From Nitrospirales bacterium (lineage in GTDB: Bacteria > Nitrospirota > Nitrospiria > Nitrospirales > UBA8639), in assembly GCA_965223295.1 (NCBI GenBank), contig CBDCWC010000003.1, positions 96,001 through 160,000 of the forward strand: DNA of 64,000 nt, given 5' to 3'. Within the stretch, counting starts at the first letter, position 1. Every line of letters starts with the position of its first letter. The position numbers and the translations under genes are program-made. The notes under the pieces were generated by a model. It saw only the letters and a program-made list of their open reading frames with translations. It searched no databases and had not been told where the DNA came from. This document shows, piece by piece, positions 39,933 through 50,702 of the stretch.

Positions 39933-39978
39933 ATAAGACAAATATATAACTTATCACTATATCATTTAAAATATTTAT
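39933..39978 (-). promoter_or_regulatory. LysR-type operator/promoter, site 2
   Basis: ATAAGACAAATATATAA identical to site 1. TTGTCT-17-TATAGT on the minus strand. Confidence 0.7.
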
Positions 39979-40352
39979 CTTTTCACGATTCTGCCAAACG
40001 TCATTATCCCTACCTTAGGAAATCTCACCTCGATACGACTTCCACATAGCAAGACACTATCGCGCTTCTGCGCGCAGCACCATGTGAGAGGGTTGACTGC
40101 GGACTACTGCAAGGGTCGGAGCTAAATACGTGAGTCCTGAATCAAGCCAGGGCTGTCATTGTCATATTCACGAAGCCGACGCTCACCTTTGAGAAAGAAA
40201 AGCCTACGGCCTAGAATCACACACTGGATTCCCTTGCCCTTAGCGTAAAACTGATTGAAGTCGCACGAATCTGATGCTAGTAGAGCACTCTTTTACTGGA
40301 TACAACCAGTCAATGTGAGGAAGGTACAATCTGTTGTCGTGGACACGTTGCA

Positions 40353-40688
40353 TTAAGATTCTGCTGAATCAAAGTGCTCTTTTCTGAGCACACATGCATC
40401 GATGACAAATATACTACCAGAATGACGTTCTAGAAAGGGCCTCAGACCTGACAGAATCGGATCGACTTTCTCTTCTGGAACGACAGTCAAGACCATTTGC
40501 AAGCTACTCGTGTCGTTAAACATCAAGTGCCCTTCATGAAATCCGCTATGGCCTTTGCCGGATAAATTACTGAAGATGGTATAGCCACTCGCCTTGATTT
40601 GATCGAGCACTTCCGTCACGAAGTTTATGTGCTCGCCATCTACAATGACCTTGATCTCTTTCATCGGATGAAGCTTAATGCTGCTCAT
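40353..40688 (-). CDS. PII-like (SbtB-type) signalling protein
   Basis: MKEIKVIV.GE, GYTI...SGKG.SG, TVV.EE, GSIFV.D. SD GAGGAGG before ATG 40688. Confidence 0.85.
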   Translation of the reverse strand: MSSIKLHPMKEIKVIVDGEHINFVTEVLDQIKASGYTIFSNLSGKGHSGFHEGHLMFNDTSSLQMVLTVVPEEKVDPILSGLRPFLERHSGSIFVIDACVLRKEHFDSAES

Positions 40689-40721
40689 GATTGCTTGGTC
40701 CTCCTCAACCTGATGGATTAT

Positions 40722-40843
40722 GAGAATGTTAAAAAAAGCTGCCAGCTTCGTTCTCGCCGTTTTGCCGTGTTCACGTGCAATATCCACGCTCCACGCGTGA
40801 AAGCCAGTGCGGCCTTGCCGGGCAAACTTTTTTGAACATTCCC
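40722..40843. mobile_element. MITE family A, copy 5 (short form)
   Basis: GAGAATGTTAAAAA...TTTTTGAACATTCCC. TSD ATTAT contains the dabA stop codon. Confidence 0.8.
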
Positions 40844-40844
40844 A

Positions 40845-43800
40845 TTATTGAATGAGTTGCCAATCCCCCTGTGGATCGTGAAAAAAGAACTCTTTGATGG
40901 CCGGATCTAACGCCACGAGATTAATCCATTGATTGCCAATGAGTCGTTTAAGAATATCATGCCGAGAAATGATCGCGCTGATTCGTTCCCGTGGCGCTTC
41001 AATAATAACAAATAATCGCATGGGTTCATGATAGGGCTCTTCTCCGTTGAGAACTGTCTGGACTGGCAGTCCTACACAGAGATCACTTTGAGACCCATAC
41101 ATTACCCCCACGCGACTAACCACATTATGATAGACTTTACTGCCAGCGCCATACACCAAGGGATCCACCGTGGAGAAATAATGTTCCATATTGATCCAAT
41201 TACCAACGATCATCGGCGCGGTCATGATAATTTCTAAATATTTTCCTGTTCGATCTTGCAAATGATCATATGAGTGCAAAAACGTTCGCCCTTCAAGATT
41301 GACTCCTTGCGTCAAGAGACGCCGTCCCACAATAAACGCCGTATGTCGCGAAAGACCCCATTCGGGTCGAACTTGAGACCAATCGATGCTGCGCTGTTTG
41401 GTTCGCTCAGAAGCCTCACGTAAAGACTGGCAGCCTGCCTCGTCAGGAAAGCGGGTTAATCGTTCCATGCTATTTCGGCGAGTGGCTTCTTCCAAGTCAT
41501 GGTGCAATCTCAGTAAATCTTTACGATGCGTGGCTGGGACATCTTCCAGATCAAACAATTCGACTTCGTCAGTGGTGGTGTCGTGTTGGCCTGGAAGGAA
41601 ATGGGTATCAGGAGGAATATGAATGCCTTTCTGTGCCAGAACTTGTCGCACCTGTCCTTTGTTGGCCATGGCCGCAAAGGCTCGAGCATTCGAGACGCCA
41701 TGGTTCCCTCCACAAGCCCCACAATCTAACGCTGATTCATAGGGGTTGTTGTCCGATACACTGCCGTGTGCACAGATTAAGACTAATCTGGAAAATATTT
41801 TGGTAAAACCTAAAGCCCGAAGAGCGGTTTCCACAAAATGCGCCTGCTCGGTTGTCGTGAATCCTGTCTGCGTAATACGATGCATTCGATTGGTGACTGC
41901 GCGTTCGTGCACACCATATTGGCCCCTTAAGCCTTGAATAAATTGCTTGTGGTCAGATTCCGTCCACTGGAGCTTGCTGAGTAATTCCCTGTCTTCATGG
42001 GGATCAAAGGCTATTTGACCCAGTGTCTGCTTGCGAAGTCGTTCGACTTGGTCATGTGAAACGGCATTGCCTTGCCTACCGAATCGTTCAATGAGCATGC
42101 GATAGATCGTCGCACGGTGCTCTGAGGCAACCATTTCCTCTGCCTCCTGGTATGTGAGTTTTTCAACGGTTAACGTTGTTCCAATAGGAATGGAAAACCG
42201 CTCTTTAAACCAGGAGGTGATCCGCTTAAACCATAAGGGACTCAAGGTTTGGCCAAAGAGCCTGAACCCGAAAAACCAGCCAATGGCTTCAACCATGACA
42301 TAAGGAGTAATGACATTCTCTTTCAAATCATGAAGCAGCGTGTGCCCAGTTTTGGCTAACTGTTGTCGTTCAAGAAATTGTTCCGCAGCCTTTCCTTGAT
42401 AGGCGCGTGGAATTTCTTTTACCACATGTTTGGGTTTGAGGAGCACCGGACATTGATCGGTCTCTTGCTCACTGCCAAACGCCTGATAGGAAAGGGGAAC
42501 GCCGAAAAATCCGGCGAACCCAAAGGTCTCATTGCCCCCGACTTCTTCGAAATGTCGACGAAAACCTTCCGACCGAACATCAATGCAGAAAATCCCTTGA
42601 GCCAACGGACGTGATTTAGCGGGTTGCTCCTCTGACTCATCAATTTTTTCGAGTTTCTCAAGATTCGGAGAAAAACGTGGAAGAAAATCCTTGATGTACG
42701 TGAGTTCAAATGCTTTTAACCAAAGCGGACCATGTTGTGACTCTGGAAATTTTGACACCCATTCAAGCAATCCCTCCAAGGCTTGGTTGGAACTGGCGAC
42801 TAACTCTTTGACAGGGCAGTCAAGGGATTTGGCGAGGTGCAACACAATTAAGGCCTTTTGATGAATGTCTTGTTCCCGGCGAATCGATTGCCATGTTTCG
42901 CTGATGTGGACGGCACTATAATCCAGGGCATCAATACGCAAAGGGCGTTCCACGAAAAGCGAAAGACTAAGATCGTTTACAACTTTTTCCGGCAAGCCTG
43001 TGAGCTTCCATTCCTTGTAAAGTCCGTATCCAGTAGGATGACTTTCTAGATAGGAACAAATCGAAGGATACGTTCCTGGGATGCCGAGTTGGCCTTGACA
43101 AGCCAATGCAACCAGCTCTCTTTCATAAAACAAGCGAACCGCGAGGTATTTGACCAGATCGATGCGATTGACATTCTGCCATGGATAATCCAACTGTTCC
43201 GATCGCCATTTGATGAACCCAGCCCATCCTGAGAGCTGGGCCAAATGCATGGTAAAATAATCAATCCACAATTCATGGGGAATGGCCATGCTCTCAAGGC
43301 TTTCGGCGATGGTATCCTCGGGTCGGTTTGGAAGATTTCGAATTTTGGACTGCCATTGTGGAATGCCTAACACCGAGCCAGACCGATCCTCCTGGGCCAA
43401 GACTTTCCATCCGCCATAAAAGGTTTTTTCTCGAAAAGGCATGGGCCAGGGAGCATGTCCTTCATCCAGGAAACCGCCACACCACTTAATGAGCTCTTGG
43501 TTAACAAGGTCTTGAACCGAGGTACTGAGAGTTTGATCGCACCAGGAAGACAATGTGTAGGCCGACGCAAGTTCTTTTTGCTCAATGGCTGCATGGTCAT
43601 TGAAAGAAAACGTGGGCGGTTTCGAATCGAACAGAGCGTCGAGTTTGTTAATAAGCTCAGTGATATCACTATCCCGTTTGGCATTCTGCACGATGGCTGA
43701 AGCTACGTCCGGTGCTGTATAACCAGTTCCAGAAATGAGCATCGTGCGTAAGGCTTCCAGATGGGATATTTTTCGATTGCCGATGGCAACGAGTTGATTT

Positions 43801-44090
43801 TGAACCTGCTCCTTCAAGACCTCATTAATAGCGTCTTGTGTGATGCGGCCTTGTTGGCAGTAGTTCCGGTATTCTTCATTCGATAGATACCCTTTGCCAC
43901 CAAGAAACCTTGTCCCTTGGTTAATGGCCTCATTGAAGGATAGATGTTCTAATCCGTGGAGGGGATTATGGTGAATAAAGGTTTGCATGGGCCAAAAATG
44001 AGAAATGGGCTCACTCGCCAATTTGACGAGCGAGCGAATTTCCATTCGCTGACCTTCTTTTGATTGAACCAGTTCTTTGACTTCAGCCAC
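40845..44090 (-). CDS. dabA: DabA (DUF2309) inorganic-carbon pump catalytic subunit
   Basis: WPM.TFIHHNPL.G.E, FCIDVRSE, HGS, LDCGACGG, RPEWGL, FLHSYD, HEPMRL. Confidence 0.93.
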   Translation of the reverse strand: MAEVKELVQSKEGQRMEIRSLVKLASEPISHFWPMQTFIHHNPLHGLEHLSFNEAINQGTRFLGGKGYLSNEEYRNYCQQGRITQDAINEVLKEQVQNQLVAIGNRKISHLEALRTMLISGTGYTAPDVASAIVQNAKRDSDITELINKLDALFDSKPPTFSFNDHAAIEQKELASAYTLSSWCDQTLSTSVQDLVNQELIKWCGGFLDEGHAPWPMPFREKTFYGGWKVLAQEDRSGSVLGIPQWQSKIRNLPNRPEDTIAESLESMAIPHELWIDYFTMHLAQLSGWAGFIKWRSEQLDYPWQNVNRIDLVKYLAVRLFYERELVALACQGQLGIPGTYPSICSYLESHPTGYGLYKEWKLTGLPEKVVNDLSLSLFVERPLRIDALDYSAVHISETWQSIRREQDIHQKALIVLHLAKSLDCPVKELVASSNQALEGLLEWVSKFPESQHGPLWLKAFELTYIKDFLPRFSPNLEKLEKIDESEEQPAKSRPLAQGIFCIDVRSEGFRRHFEEVGGNETFGFAGFFGVPLSYQAFGSEQETDQCPVLLKPKHVVKEIPRAYQGKAAEQFLERQQLAKTGHTLLHDLKENVITPYVMVEAIGWFFGFRLFGQTLSPLWFKRITSWFKERFSIPIGTTLTVEKLTYQEAEEMVASEHRATIYRMLIERFGRQGNAVSHDQVERLRKQTLGQIAFDPHEDRELLSKLQWTESDHKQFIQGLRGQYGVHERAVTNRMHRITQTGFTTTEQAHFVETALRALGFTKIFSRLVLICAHGSVSDNNPYESALDCGACGGNHGVSNARAFAAMANKGQVRQVLAQKGIHIPPDTHFLPGQHDTTTDEVELFDLEDVPATHRKDLLRLHHDLEEATRRNSMERLTRFPDEAGCQSLREASERTKQRSIDWSQVRPEWGLSRHTAFIVGRRLLTQGVNLEGRTFLHSYDHLQDRTGKYLEIIMTAPMIVGNWINMEHYFSTVDPLVYGAGSKVYHNVVSRVGVMYGSQSDLCVGLPVQTVLNGEEPYHEPMRLFVIIEAPRERISAIISRHDILKRLIGNQWINLVALDPAIKEFFFHDPQGDWQLIQ

Positions 44091-44102
44091 AATCGATACT
44101 CT

Positions 44103-45179
44103 CTAATACAACAGCCCACTATAACCGGCTGCAGCAATGAGTAGAGCAAGAGCGCCGATTTCGCTTCCGGTCAAGTCCGTGTAGGGAATATCCGGTCTGG
44201 CCCTTCCAAAAGCTGTTTGATGCAGCAAGTGTGAAAAATACCAACTACCAAAAGTCCACACAACGAATATGATTACGCAAATGATGATAAGGGAGACATA
44301 TTGACCGTCCATTGTTGGCAAGGCAGGTAACCCTGACAACATTGGAACAATGGGAAGCGCTACAGCGATACTGATCAGAATAATCAATAACACCCCAAGT
44401 CGGGGCATGACCAAGGCTAAGCCTGGCAGGGTTCCTAACGCATGTGAACCAAACCTCTGCTGAATGCAGTGATACGTGAAAAAAAGACCAGTTAAGACCA
44501 AGGCAATGGTTAATCCAAATGGCAGTAACCATTGGGAAAACGTGGAGAACACCGTAGCGATCCCCCACAACATGGATACGTGCGCAATGACAGCGTACGT
44601 GAGTAAGGACCGAACTTGGCTTTGTCCCAAGCATTTGACTGAGGAATACAGCGCACTACCTAAAGCTAACCAGGAAATCGCGGCTAGCATTCCTTCCGAC
44701 AAGAAATTTTGGAGCTCCGTGAGCTCAGCCAATCCAAGAGAAAGGAACACGGTCGTCCATAGACCGGATACTGCTCCATAAGAAGAACTCACGAGTAACG
44801 CGAACGGTATATGGAAAGGAAGGAGTGGCAGGAATGTCACCGTCAGAAACAATCCAGCGTATAGGGCTAAGGAATTTTCCGTGAATGTAGCACCCAGGGT
44901 AAGAAGAATCGCCAGAGCTAGCTGAGCGAGACTGATTGTTTTTAGCGAAGCAGGACAATGAGACTTAAAGAGAGAATACGCTGCAAAGCTAAGAACACCA
45001 ACAAGACAATATCGATTGAAGGGCGAGGGTATCAGCAAAGCTCCAAGCCCCAGTCCAGACACAACAAGAATTTCCACAAGTGTCGTTGACGAAGAATTTG
45101 AACGATGTTGCGCAAGGATTGCGCACAAAGCTGAAAGGATGATTGCACATGAAAGTATGGCAGAAGTTTCTAAAGTCAT
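44103..45179 (-). CDS. Proton-translocating membrane subunit (NuoM/MrpD-like, shortened)
   Basis: Highly hydrophobic. PL.PFH and G.LPGLA..MPR motifs. Lies between dabB and dabA. Confidence 0.75.
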   Translation of the reverse strand: MTLETSAILSCAIILSALCAILAQHRSNSSSTTLVEILVVSGLGLGALLIPSPFNRYCLVGVLSFAAYSLFKSHCPASLKTISLAQLALAILLTLGATFTENSLALYAGLFLTVTFLPLLPFHIPFALLVSSSYGAVSGLWTTVFLSLGLAELTELQNFLSEGMLAAISWLALGSALYSSVKCLGQSQVRSLLTYAVIAHVSMLWGIATVFSTFSQWLLPFGLTIALVLTGLFFTYHCIQQRFGSHALGTLPGLALVMPRLGVLLIILISIAVALPIVPMLSGLPALPTMDGQYVSLIIICVIIFVVWTFGSWYFSHLLHQTAFGRARPDIPYTDLTGSEIGALALLIAAAGYSGLLY

Positions 45180-45208
45180 GAGAGTCTCAGTCTAACCCAG
45201 GGCTGCGC

Positions 45209-46903
45209 TTAATACCGATTCCCGATTTTTTGAGCCCATTGAAAGAGTGCGTTCCCCCACTTCATATATATGAGGTCCACATAAAGCCGGTTGCTCAGAA
45301 ACATATACATTTTTTGTTGAATGGCTTGACTCCAGTCTGGATTCAGGATCTTTTGTCCTTTCGCATCGGTATAGCCATAAATCCACCCAAAAAGAATTAA
45401 GACTGTGGCAAGCAACACGAATACATCAAATACCGTTGGATTCAAGGCCGCCGCCACGAAGAAGGCATCTGCAACGCCCGGTTCGGGGTAGAGAAAATGG
45501 GTAAAAAGTTCGCCAGCCCACAAGTACGTAAACCCAATGAGAAATAATGCGGCAATCATTGCGCTGGCCACTTTCCACGAAGCCACGGCATGCAATCGAT
45601 ACAAGCTGAAAATGGCTTGGGAGGCCGTGACCCAACTGAAAAAGAGAAAGATGACTGCCCCGTGGGCATCCTGAAGTGGGACCTCCAACAGATCATGAGC
45701 CACCATCAAAATAATAAAGGGCATGATCAACGTCACAATCAACCCCGTCACCCACGTTGCTTGGGCAGGCAGTCTGGTTGGTTCATGGCTAGAAGAAGCT
45801 GGAAACTTGGGTTCGTAACGAGCGCTATGAATCACATTGCCGGCGCTGAGGAATAGAGAGGCTTTAAAGAGTCCATGAGCAATGAGGTGGAATATGGCAA
45901 GCGCAAAAGCTCCCAGCCCACATTCCATGATCATATAGCCCATTTGACCCATTGTTGAGTATCCGAGGGTTTTCTTAATGTCGTTTTGGACGAGCATCAT
46001 GGATGCACCCAACAGCACGGTCAGCGCACCAATGACAAACACAATATGTAGAGTGTTGGGTGAAAGAGCATAAAGCGGAGCCAGCCGATTGAGAAGGAAT
46101 CCTCCTGCATTGATGATTCCCGCGTGCATAAGGGCCGAGACAGGAGTGGGAGAATCCATAGTATCGGGCAGCCACACATGTAGAGGAAATTGGGACGACT
46201 TGGCGATGGCTCCAACAAAGATCAGCAAGGTAATGACTGAGACGGCACTGACGTTGAAGAGATTTCCTGGCAGAAGCGAAATCACATGAGAGTGTTGTGC
46301 AGCTTGCTCAAAGAGTTCATGAAACTCAAGGGTCCCGAAATATTTGTACGTCAGAAAGATCCCACAAAGAAAGGCGACATCGCCAACGCGATGCACCATA
46401 AAGGTCTTAAACGCATTCTGATAGGCAGGTACATGCGAATAATTAAATGCAAGAATCAGATACAGGGTCCAACTTAAGAGCTGCCAAAACACGAACAACA
46501 TCAGAAGGTTCGGGCTAGAAACCAGCGAAAGAATAACAAAGGTCATGAGACCCAGTAAGGCAAAGAATCGAGCATAGCCAGGATCGCCTTCTAGGTACCG
46601 AACGGAGTACACATGAATAACGGTGCTGACACTCGTGATCAACACCATCATGACGGCCGTTAAACGATCAATCAACATGCCAATCTTCAGGACGGCAGAG
46701 TTTTCAGATCCAAAAGGCCACAACGTGATATGTATGTCACCTACCGTACTCACATAGTAAAGCGTCCACAAAGAAAACAAACATGAGCTCATGATGGCGA
46801 TCACACCAATTTTTGCTACATGAGTGACGATACGGTTCCCAAATGAACCAATGAGAATTCCGGATGAGAGAGGGAAAAGAAGAATAAGAATCGAAATCAT
46901 CAT
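45209..46903 (-). CDS. dabB: DabB (NuoL/ND5-like) membrane subunit
   Basis: KSSQFPLHVWLP.TM..PTPVSALMHAG, K..LGYST.GQMG, HLIAHGLFKA.LFL.AG. Confidence 0.9.
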   Translation of the reverse strand: MMISILILLFPLSSGILIGSFGNRIVTHVAKIGVIAIMSSCLFSLWTLYYVSTVGDIHITLWPFGSENSAVLKIGMLIDRLTAVMMVLITSVSTVIHVYSVRYLEGDPGYARFFALLGLMTFVILSLVSSPNLLMLFVFWQLLSWTLYLILAFNYSHVPAYQNAFKTFMVHRVGDVAFLCGIFLTYKYFGTLEFHELFEQAAQHSHVISLLPGNLFNVSAVSVITLLIFVGAIAKSSQFPLHVWLPDTMDSPTPVSALMHAGIINAGGFLLNRLAPLYALSPNTLHIVFVIGALTVLLGASMMLVQNDIKKTLGYSTMGQMGYMIMECGLGAFALAIFHLIAHGLFKASLFLSAGNVIHSARYEPKFPASSSHEPTRLPAQATWVTGLIVTLIMPFIILMVAHDLLEVPLQDAHGAVIFLFFSWVTASQAIFSLYRLHAVASWKVASAMIAALFLIGFTYLWAGELFTHFLYPEPGVADAFFVAAALNPTVFDVFVLLATVLILFGWIYGYTDAKGQKILNPDWSQAIQQKMYMFLSNRLYVDLIYMKWGNALFQWAQKIGNRY

Positions 46904-47246
46904 GACGTGAATACAAACTTCTGCACGAGGCTCATAGCAAAGATGCCCGCGCGTTCACTACCAACTTTAGTCATAGAGATTTTGATGAAAGTTCTACACT
47001 AATTTATCAAGCATTCCCATGAAGTTACGCAATCTATCTTTAGACCCATGACTTATAGGGCATTGGAGGAAACACCTTTAGTATATTTGGTCCAAGAAAG
47101 TTAGGGGGAAATCTTTCCTGTTTGAGAAGGATGATAAGATATATCTTGATGACGTTGTCGCCTTACGTTGAAGTGGCTTACAAAACCAGTCCACAAAGGT
47201 TTCCGGAATCTCAATTAATTCAATATTGCCAAAATTATCTTCTTAA

Positions 47247-47468
47247 GGGAATATTGAAGAAAGTCGCCAGCGTCGTTCTCATCATTGTTCCGTGCTCATG
47301 TCGTCCCAGTACGCTCCGCGCAAAAATGGTTGTGGCCTTGCCGGACCTGGCTTCGCCGAATCGGCTTCGCGCAGGCGAGCGGACTGTTTTGACCATTCCC
47401 ATCGCATTGAAGTCGCCATGGCTCTGAAGGCCTTTTTGTAACTGGAAAGTGAGTGATGCAACAGTCCC
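47247..47468. mobile_element. MITE family A, copy 6
   Basis: GGGAATATTGAA...GCAACAGTCCC. TSD CTTAA. Confidence 0.85.
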
Positions 47469-47544
47469 CTTAAGATCAATCCGATACGAGGTCAGATAAC
47501 ACGACGACACTCCCAGCATAAGCCAGGAGTGTCGTCGTGAATGG

Positions 47545-49059
47545 TTACGGCGTGATGGATAAGAAGATCGTACTTCCGCCTCTTTGAATGAGCAGCAAGA
47601 CACGATCATCGGCATCAAGCTTTTTGGTCAGACGTTGAAAATCTGAGATATCTCTGACAGACTGCCGATTGATTTCTCGAATAATATCGCCTGCACGAAT
47701 CCCTGCACGGCTGGCTGCACTACCAGACTTCACCTCTGTGACTTCAACGCCTTTTTCTCCAGAGGAATACGGCTTAACCGTGATCCCACTCAACACATGC
47801 TTTCCTCGTGCTTCACCACTAGAGGCAAACGTTTCAAGATCTTTGGGCATCTCCGCAATCGTCACGTCCACATTCTGCTCATCTCCATCCCTCAGCACAT
47901 GAATCGTAACTGAACTATTGGGTTGGGTTTCGGCCACCAGTGATCGTAAATGTCGCGAATCTTTGACATCCTGAGAATCATATTTTCGAATAATATCCCC
48001 ACGCTTGAGGCCAGCATCTTCCGCAGGGCTATCATCGACAACATCGCTCACGAGCACTCCGCGTTGATCGGGAGCATCAAACTGCTCTTGTAGATCAGCA
48101 TTAAGATCTTGAATAGACACACCTAACCACCCTCGCACGACTTTGCCGTGCTCGATCAAATTCGTCTGAATGGCCTTGCCCATATGACTAGGGATGGCAA
48201 ACCCAATCCCCATATAGCCTCCAGATCGACTAAAAATCGCGGTATTGATCCCCACTAACTCTCCTTGCAGATTTACTAAGGCTCCACCAGAATTCCCCGG
48301 ATTAATCGCCGCGTCCGTCTGAATGAAATCTTCGTAATCCACAATACCGACATTTGCTCGTCCCACGGCGCTGACAATGCCCATCGTAACCGTTTGGTTC
48401 AAGCCAAAGGGATTGCCAATCGCCATCACAATTTCGCCAACTTCCAACTCCTGTGAGTCTCCCCAGTGCAACACAGGTAGATCATCGGCCTCTATTTTGA
48501 TAAGTGCTAAATCGGTTTTAGGATCAGTGCCAATCACTTCCGCCTCAAACTGCCGTTTATCCGAGAGGGTCACCTGAATCTCATCTCCAGACTCAACCAC
48601 ATGATTATTGGTGATAATGTACCCATCTTTTCTGACAATGACACCTGACCCCGCGCCTTGTTGACGAGGCGAATCTTGGGGTCGAAATCTTTTTTCAAAT
48701 TCCTCTCCAAAGAAACGACGGAAAAACGGATCATCAAAGAACGGTGACTGTCTTAAGTCTTGATTTTTTCCTGAAAATGTTGTGGAGATATTGACGACTG
48801 CCGGACGGGCCTTTTTTGCAACTTGAATAAGAGTGCTATTGCGGGCTTCGATATCACCTTCTCCCCTAAGCAGCGCTCCCGAAAGCAACGGCTTTCCAGA
48901 AGAGGATGTGTCAATACCCTCTGTTTCAGCTCCCTGCGAAAAGCTGAGGTCTCCACTAAGCCCCACCCCCAAAAGTATTCCAACGACAAGGAACCCTACC
49001 CCTACGATGGTCAATAAGATTCCATGCTGCTGCTTGTTGGCTCTTAAGATATTTTTCAT
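47545..49059 (-). CDS. DegQ/DegP (Do) serine protease
   Basis: TNNHV, DLALIK, DAAINPGNSGG, two PDZ domains. Confidence 0.95.
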   Translation of the reverse strand: MKNILRANKQQHGILLTIVGVGFLVVGILLGVGLSGDLSFSQGAETEGIDTSSSGKPLLSGALLRGEGDIEARNSTLIQVAKKARPAVVNISTTFSGKNQDLRQSPFFDDPFFRRFFGEEFEKRFRPQDSPRQQGAGSGVIVRKDGYIITNNHVVESGDEIQVTLSDKRQFEAEVIGTDPKTDLALIKIEADDLPVLHWGDSQELEVGEIVMAIGNPFGLNQTVTMGIVSAVGRANVGIVDYEDFIQTDAAINPGNSGGALVNLQGELVGINTAIFSRSGGYMGIGFAIPSHMGKAIQTNLIEHGKVVRGWLGVSIQDLNADLQEQFDAPDQRGVLVSDVVDDSPAEDAGLKRGDIIRKYDSQDVKDSRHLRSLVAETQPNSSVTIHVLRDGDEQNVDVTIAEMPKDLETFASSGEARGKHVLSGITVKPYSSGEKGVEVTEVKSGSAASRAGIRAGDIIREINRQSVRDISDFQRLTKKLDADDRVLLLIQRGGSTIFLSITP

Positions 49060-49430
49060 AGCTCTCCCTCCCACATGAACCAGTCAGCGTACAACATGAA
49101 CTACCCGCTTACACATCTTTAATCGCGCTGCCACGGAGCCACCACCCGACAAGCATAATTTTCTAATAATGTTAAAGGAGAAAAAGTCAAGCCCCATGCC
49201 GCTGGCCGCCTTTCAGGTAAGGCAATCACCAAATGATTTCGGTGATCGATCGATAAAAGTTCCGACGGAAACCAGCCGAGGAACCTGTTCATAATTGTTC
49301 AATAGATGCCCTCAAAGTACGCCAAGGGGGCGAAGGTTATGGACTAAATCTTGACATCATGGGCAGAGTGTTTAACTGAGGGTTAAGAATACAGAATGAC
49401 CAAACTCATCAAAACAGAAAGGAGGAACCC

Positions 49431-50444
49431 ATGAAGATTCAGCATGCTTTCAAAAGTCTAGTGATAGGAGCGTTTATCCTTGGACTCAGCTTTGCCGTAC
49501 ACACATCATGGGCAAAGACAACCTCAAGCCCTATTGCAGTGAACCAGGAAACCACGACAAAAGCAGAAGAAGAAACACAGTCCGTGGAGTCAGAAGTGAC
49601 ATCTAAGGGAAATGAGGAAGTGGCAAAGAAACGTCAGGCATTGGTCAAAGAAGCCCTGACGGCTCTTTCGGAAACCAAGAAAGCGTTGAAAGCGCTCGAA
49701 GATGAGCGGCCCAAGGATGCGCTCACAGCATTGGCGGAAGTCACCGGCCAATTGGAAATCATCGTGTCACGTGACCCCAAACTGGCTTTTGTGCCTATTG
49801 ATATCGATGTCACTTCACATGACATTTATGCTGACCTAGACACGATCAATCGAGCTAAAGAACAAGCTGAAGAATTTCTGAAAAACGGCGACATACAAAA
49901 AGCCAGAGTTCTCCTGTCAGGTCTTGCCAGTGAGCTGGTGATGAGCACAATCAGTCTTCCGCTGGCAACCTATCCTGATGCCATCAAAGCAGTGGTGCCC
50001 TTGATCGATAAAGGAAAAATCGAAGAAGCAAAAGAAGCGTTGCAAGCCGCGTTACAAACCTTGGTGGTGACGAATAAGCTTGCCATCCCTCTGCCTGTGC
50101 TGCGAGCAGAAGCCATGATTCATCAAGCTGAAGAGTTGGCCCAAGATATAGAGACTCCGGAGATCGCAACAGATACGAAAAATCTTGAGGAAACGAACGA
50201 TTCAGCAGCAGAAAATGAAAATGTTCAAAAGGAAGAAATCTTGGCACAACTGCAGAATGCCCGGCAGCAATTACAAATGGCAGAAGCCTTGGGCTATGGC
50301 ATCAAAGAAGATCGCTACCAAGAATTTGAGAACACAATCGAAACCCTTGAGGCAAAGGTTCGGGACAAGGAATCGACAAGTAGCATCTTTGCGTCGCTGA
50401 AACAATCCCTATCCCAATTCAAAGAATTCCTCTTTGATGGATAA
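49431..50444 (+). CDS. YfdX family periplasmic protein
   Basis: Signal peptide, AR..L..LASE, PLATYPDAIK, PLP.LRAE, A..LGYG. Confidence 0.85.
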   Translation: MKIQHAFKSLVIGAFILGLSFAVHTSWAKTTSSPIAVNQETTTKAEEETQSVESEVTSKGNEEVAKKRQALVKEALTALSETKKALKALEDERPKDALTALAEVTGQLEIIVSRDPKLAFVPIDIDVTSHDIYADLDTINRAKEQAEEFLKNGDIQKARVLLSGLASELVMSTISLPLATYPDAIKAVVPLIDKGKIEEAKEALQAALQTLVVTNKLAIPLPVLRAEAMIHQAEELAQDIETPEIATDTKNLEETNDSAAENENVQKEEILAQLQNARQQLQMAEALGYGIKEDRYQEFENTIETLEAKVRDKESTSSIFASLKQSLSQFKEFLFDG

Positions 50445-50702
50445 AATGGTGTTTTGTTTCAGAAACGGATAGGCCAAATACAAGACAGGGGCGGAAAGTG
50501 ATCGTGCCAACAAATAGCAATGATTATGTTGGAACGCTTTCCGCCCTTGTCCTTTCTCTTGGCATACATCCATCCAGTTTTTAGCATCTGACTAACAAAA
50601 CATTTCTATTCTACAGATCGTTGCTATGCAACAAGATAGGGTCGATACCCCCATCTCTATTCAGACACAAAACTTGTTTCAAATCGTGATGGACATAACA
50701 CG

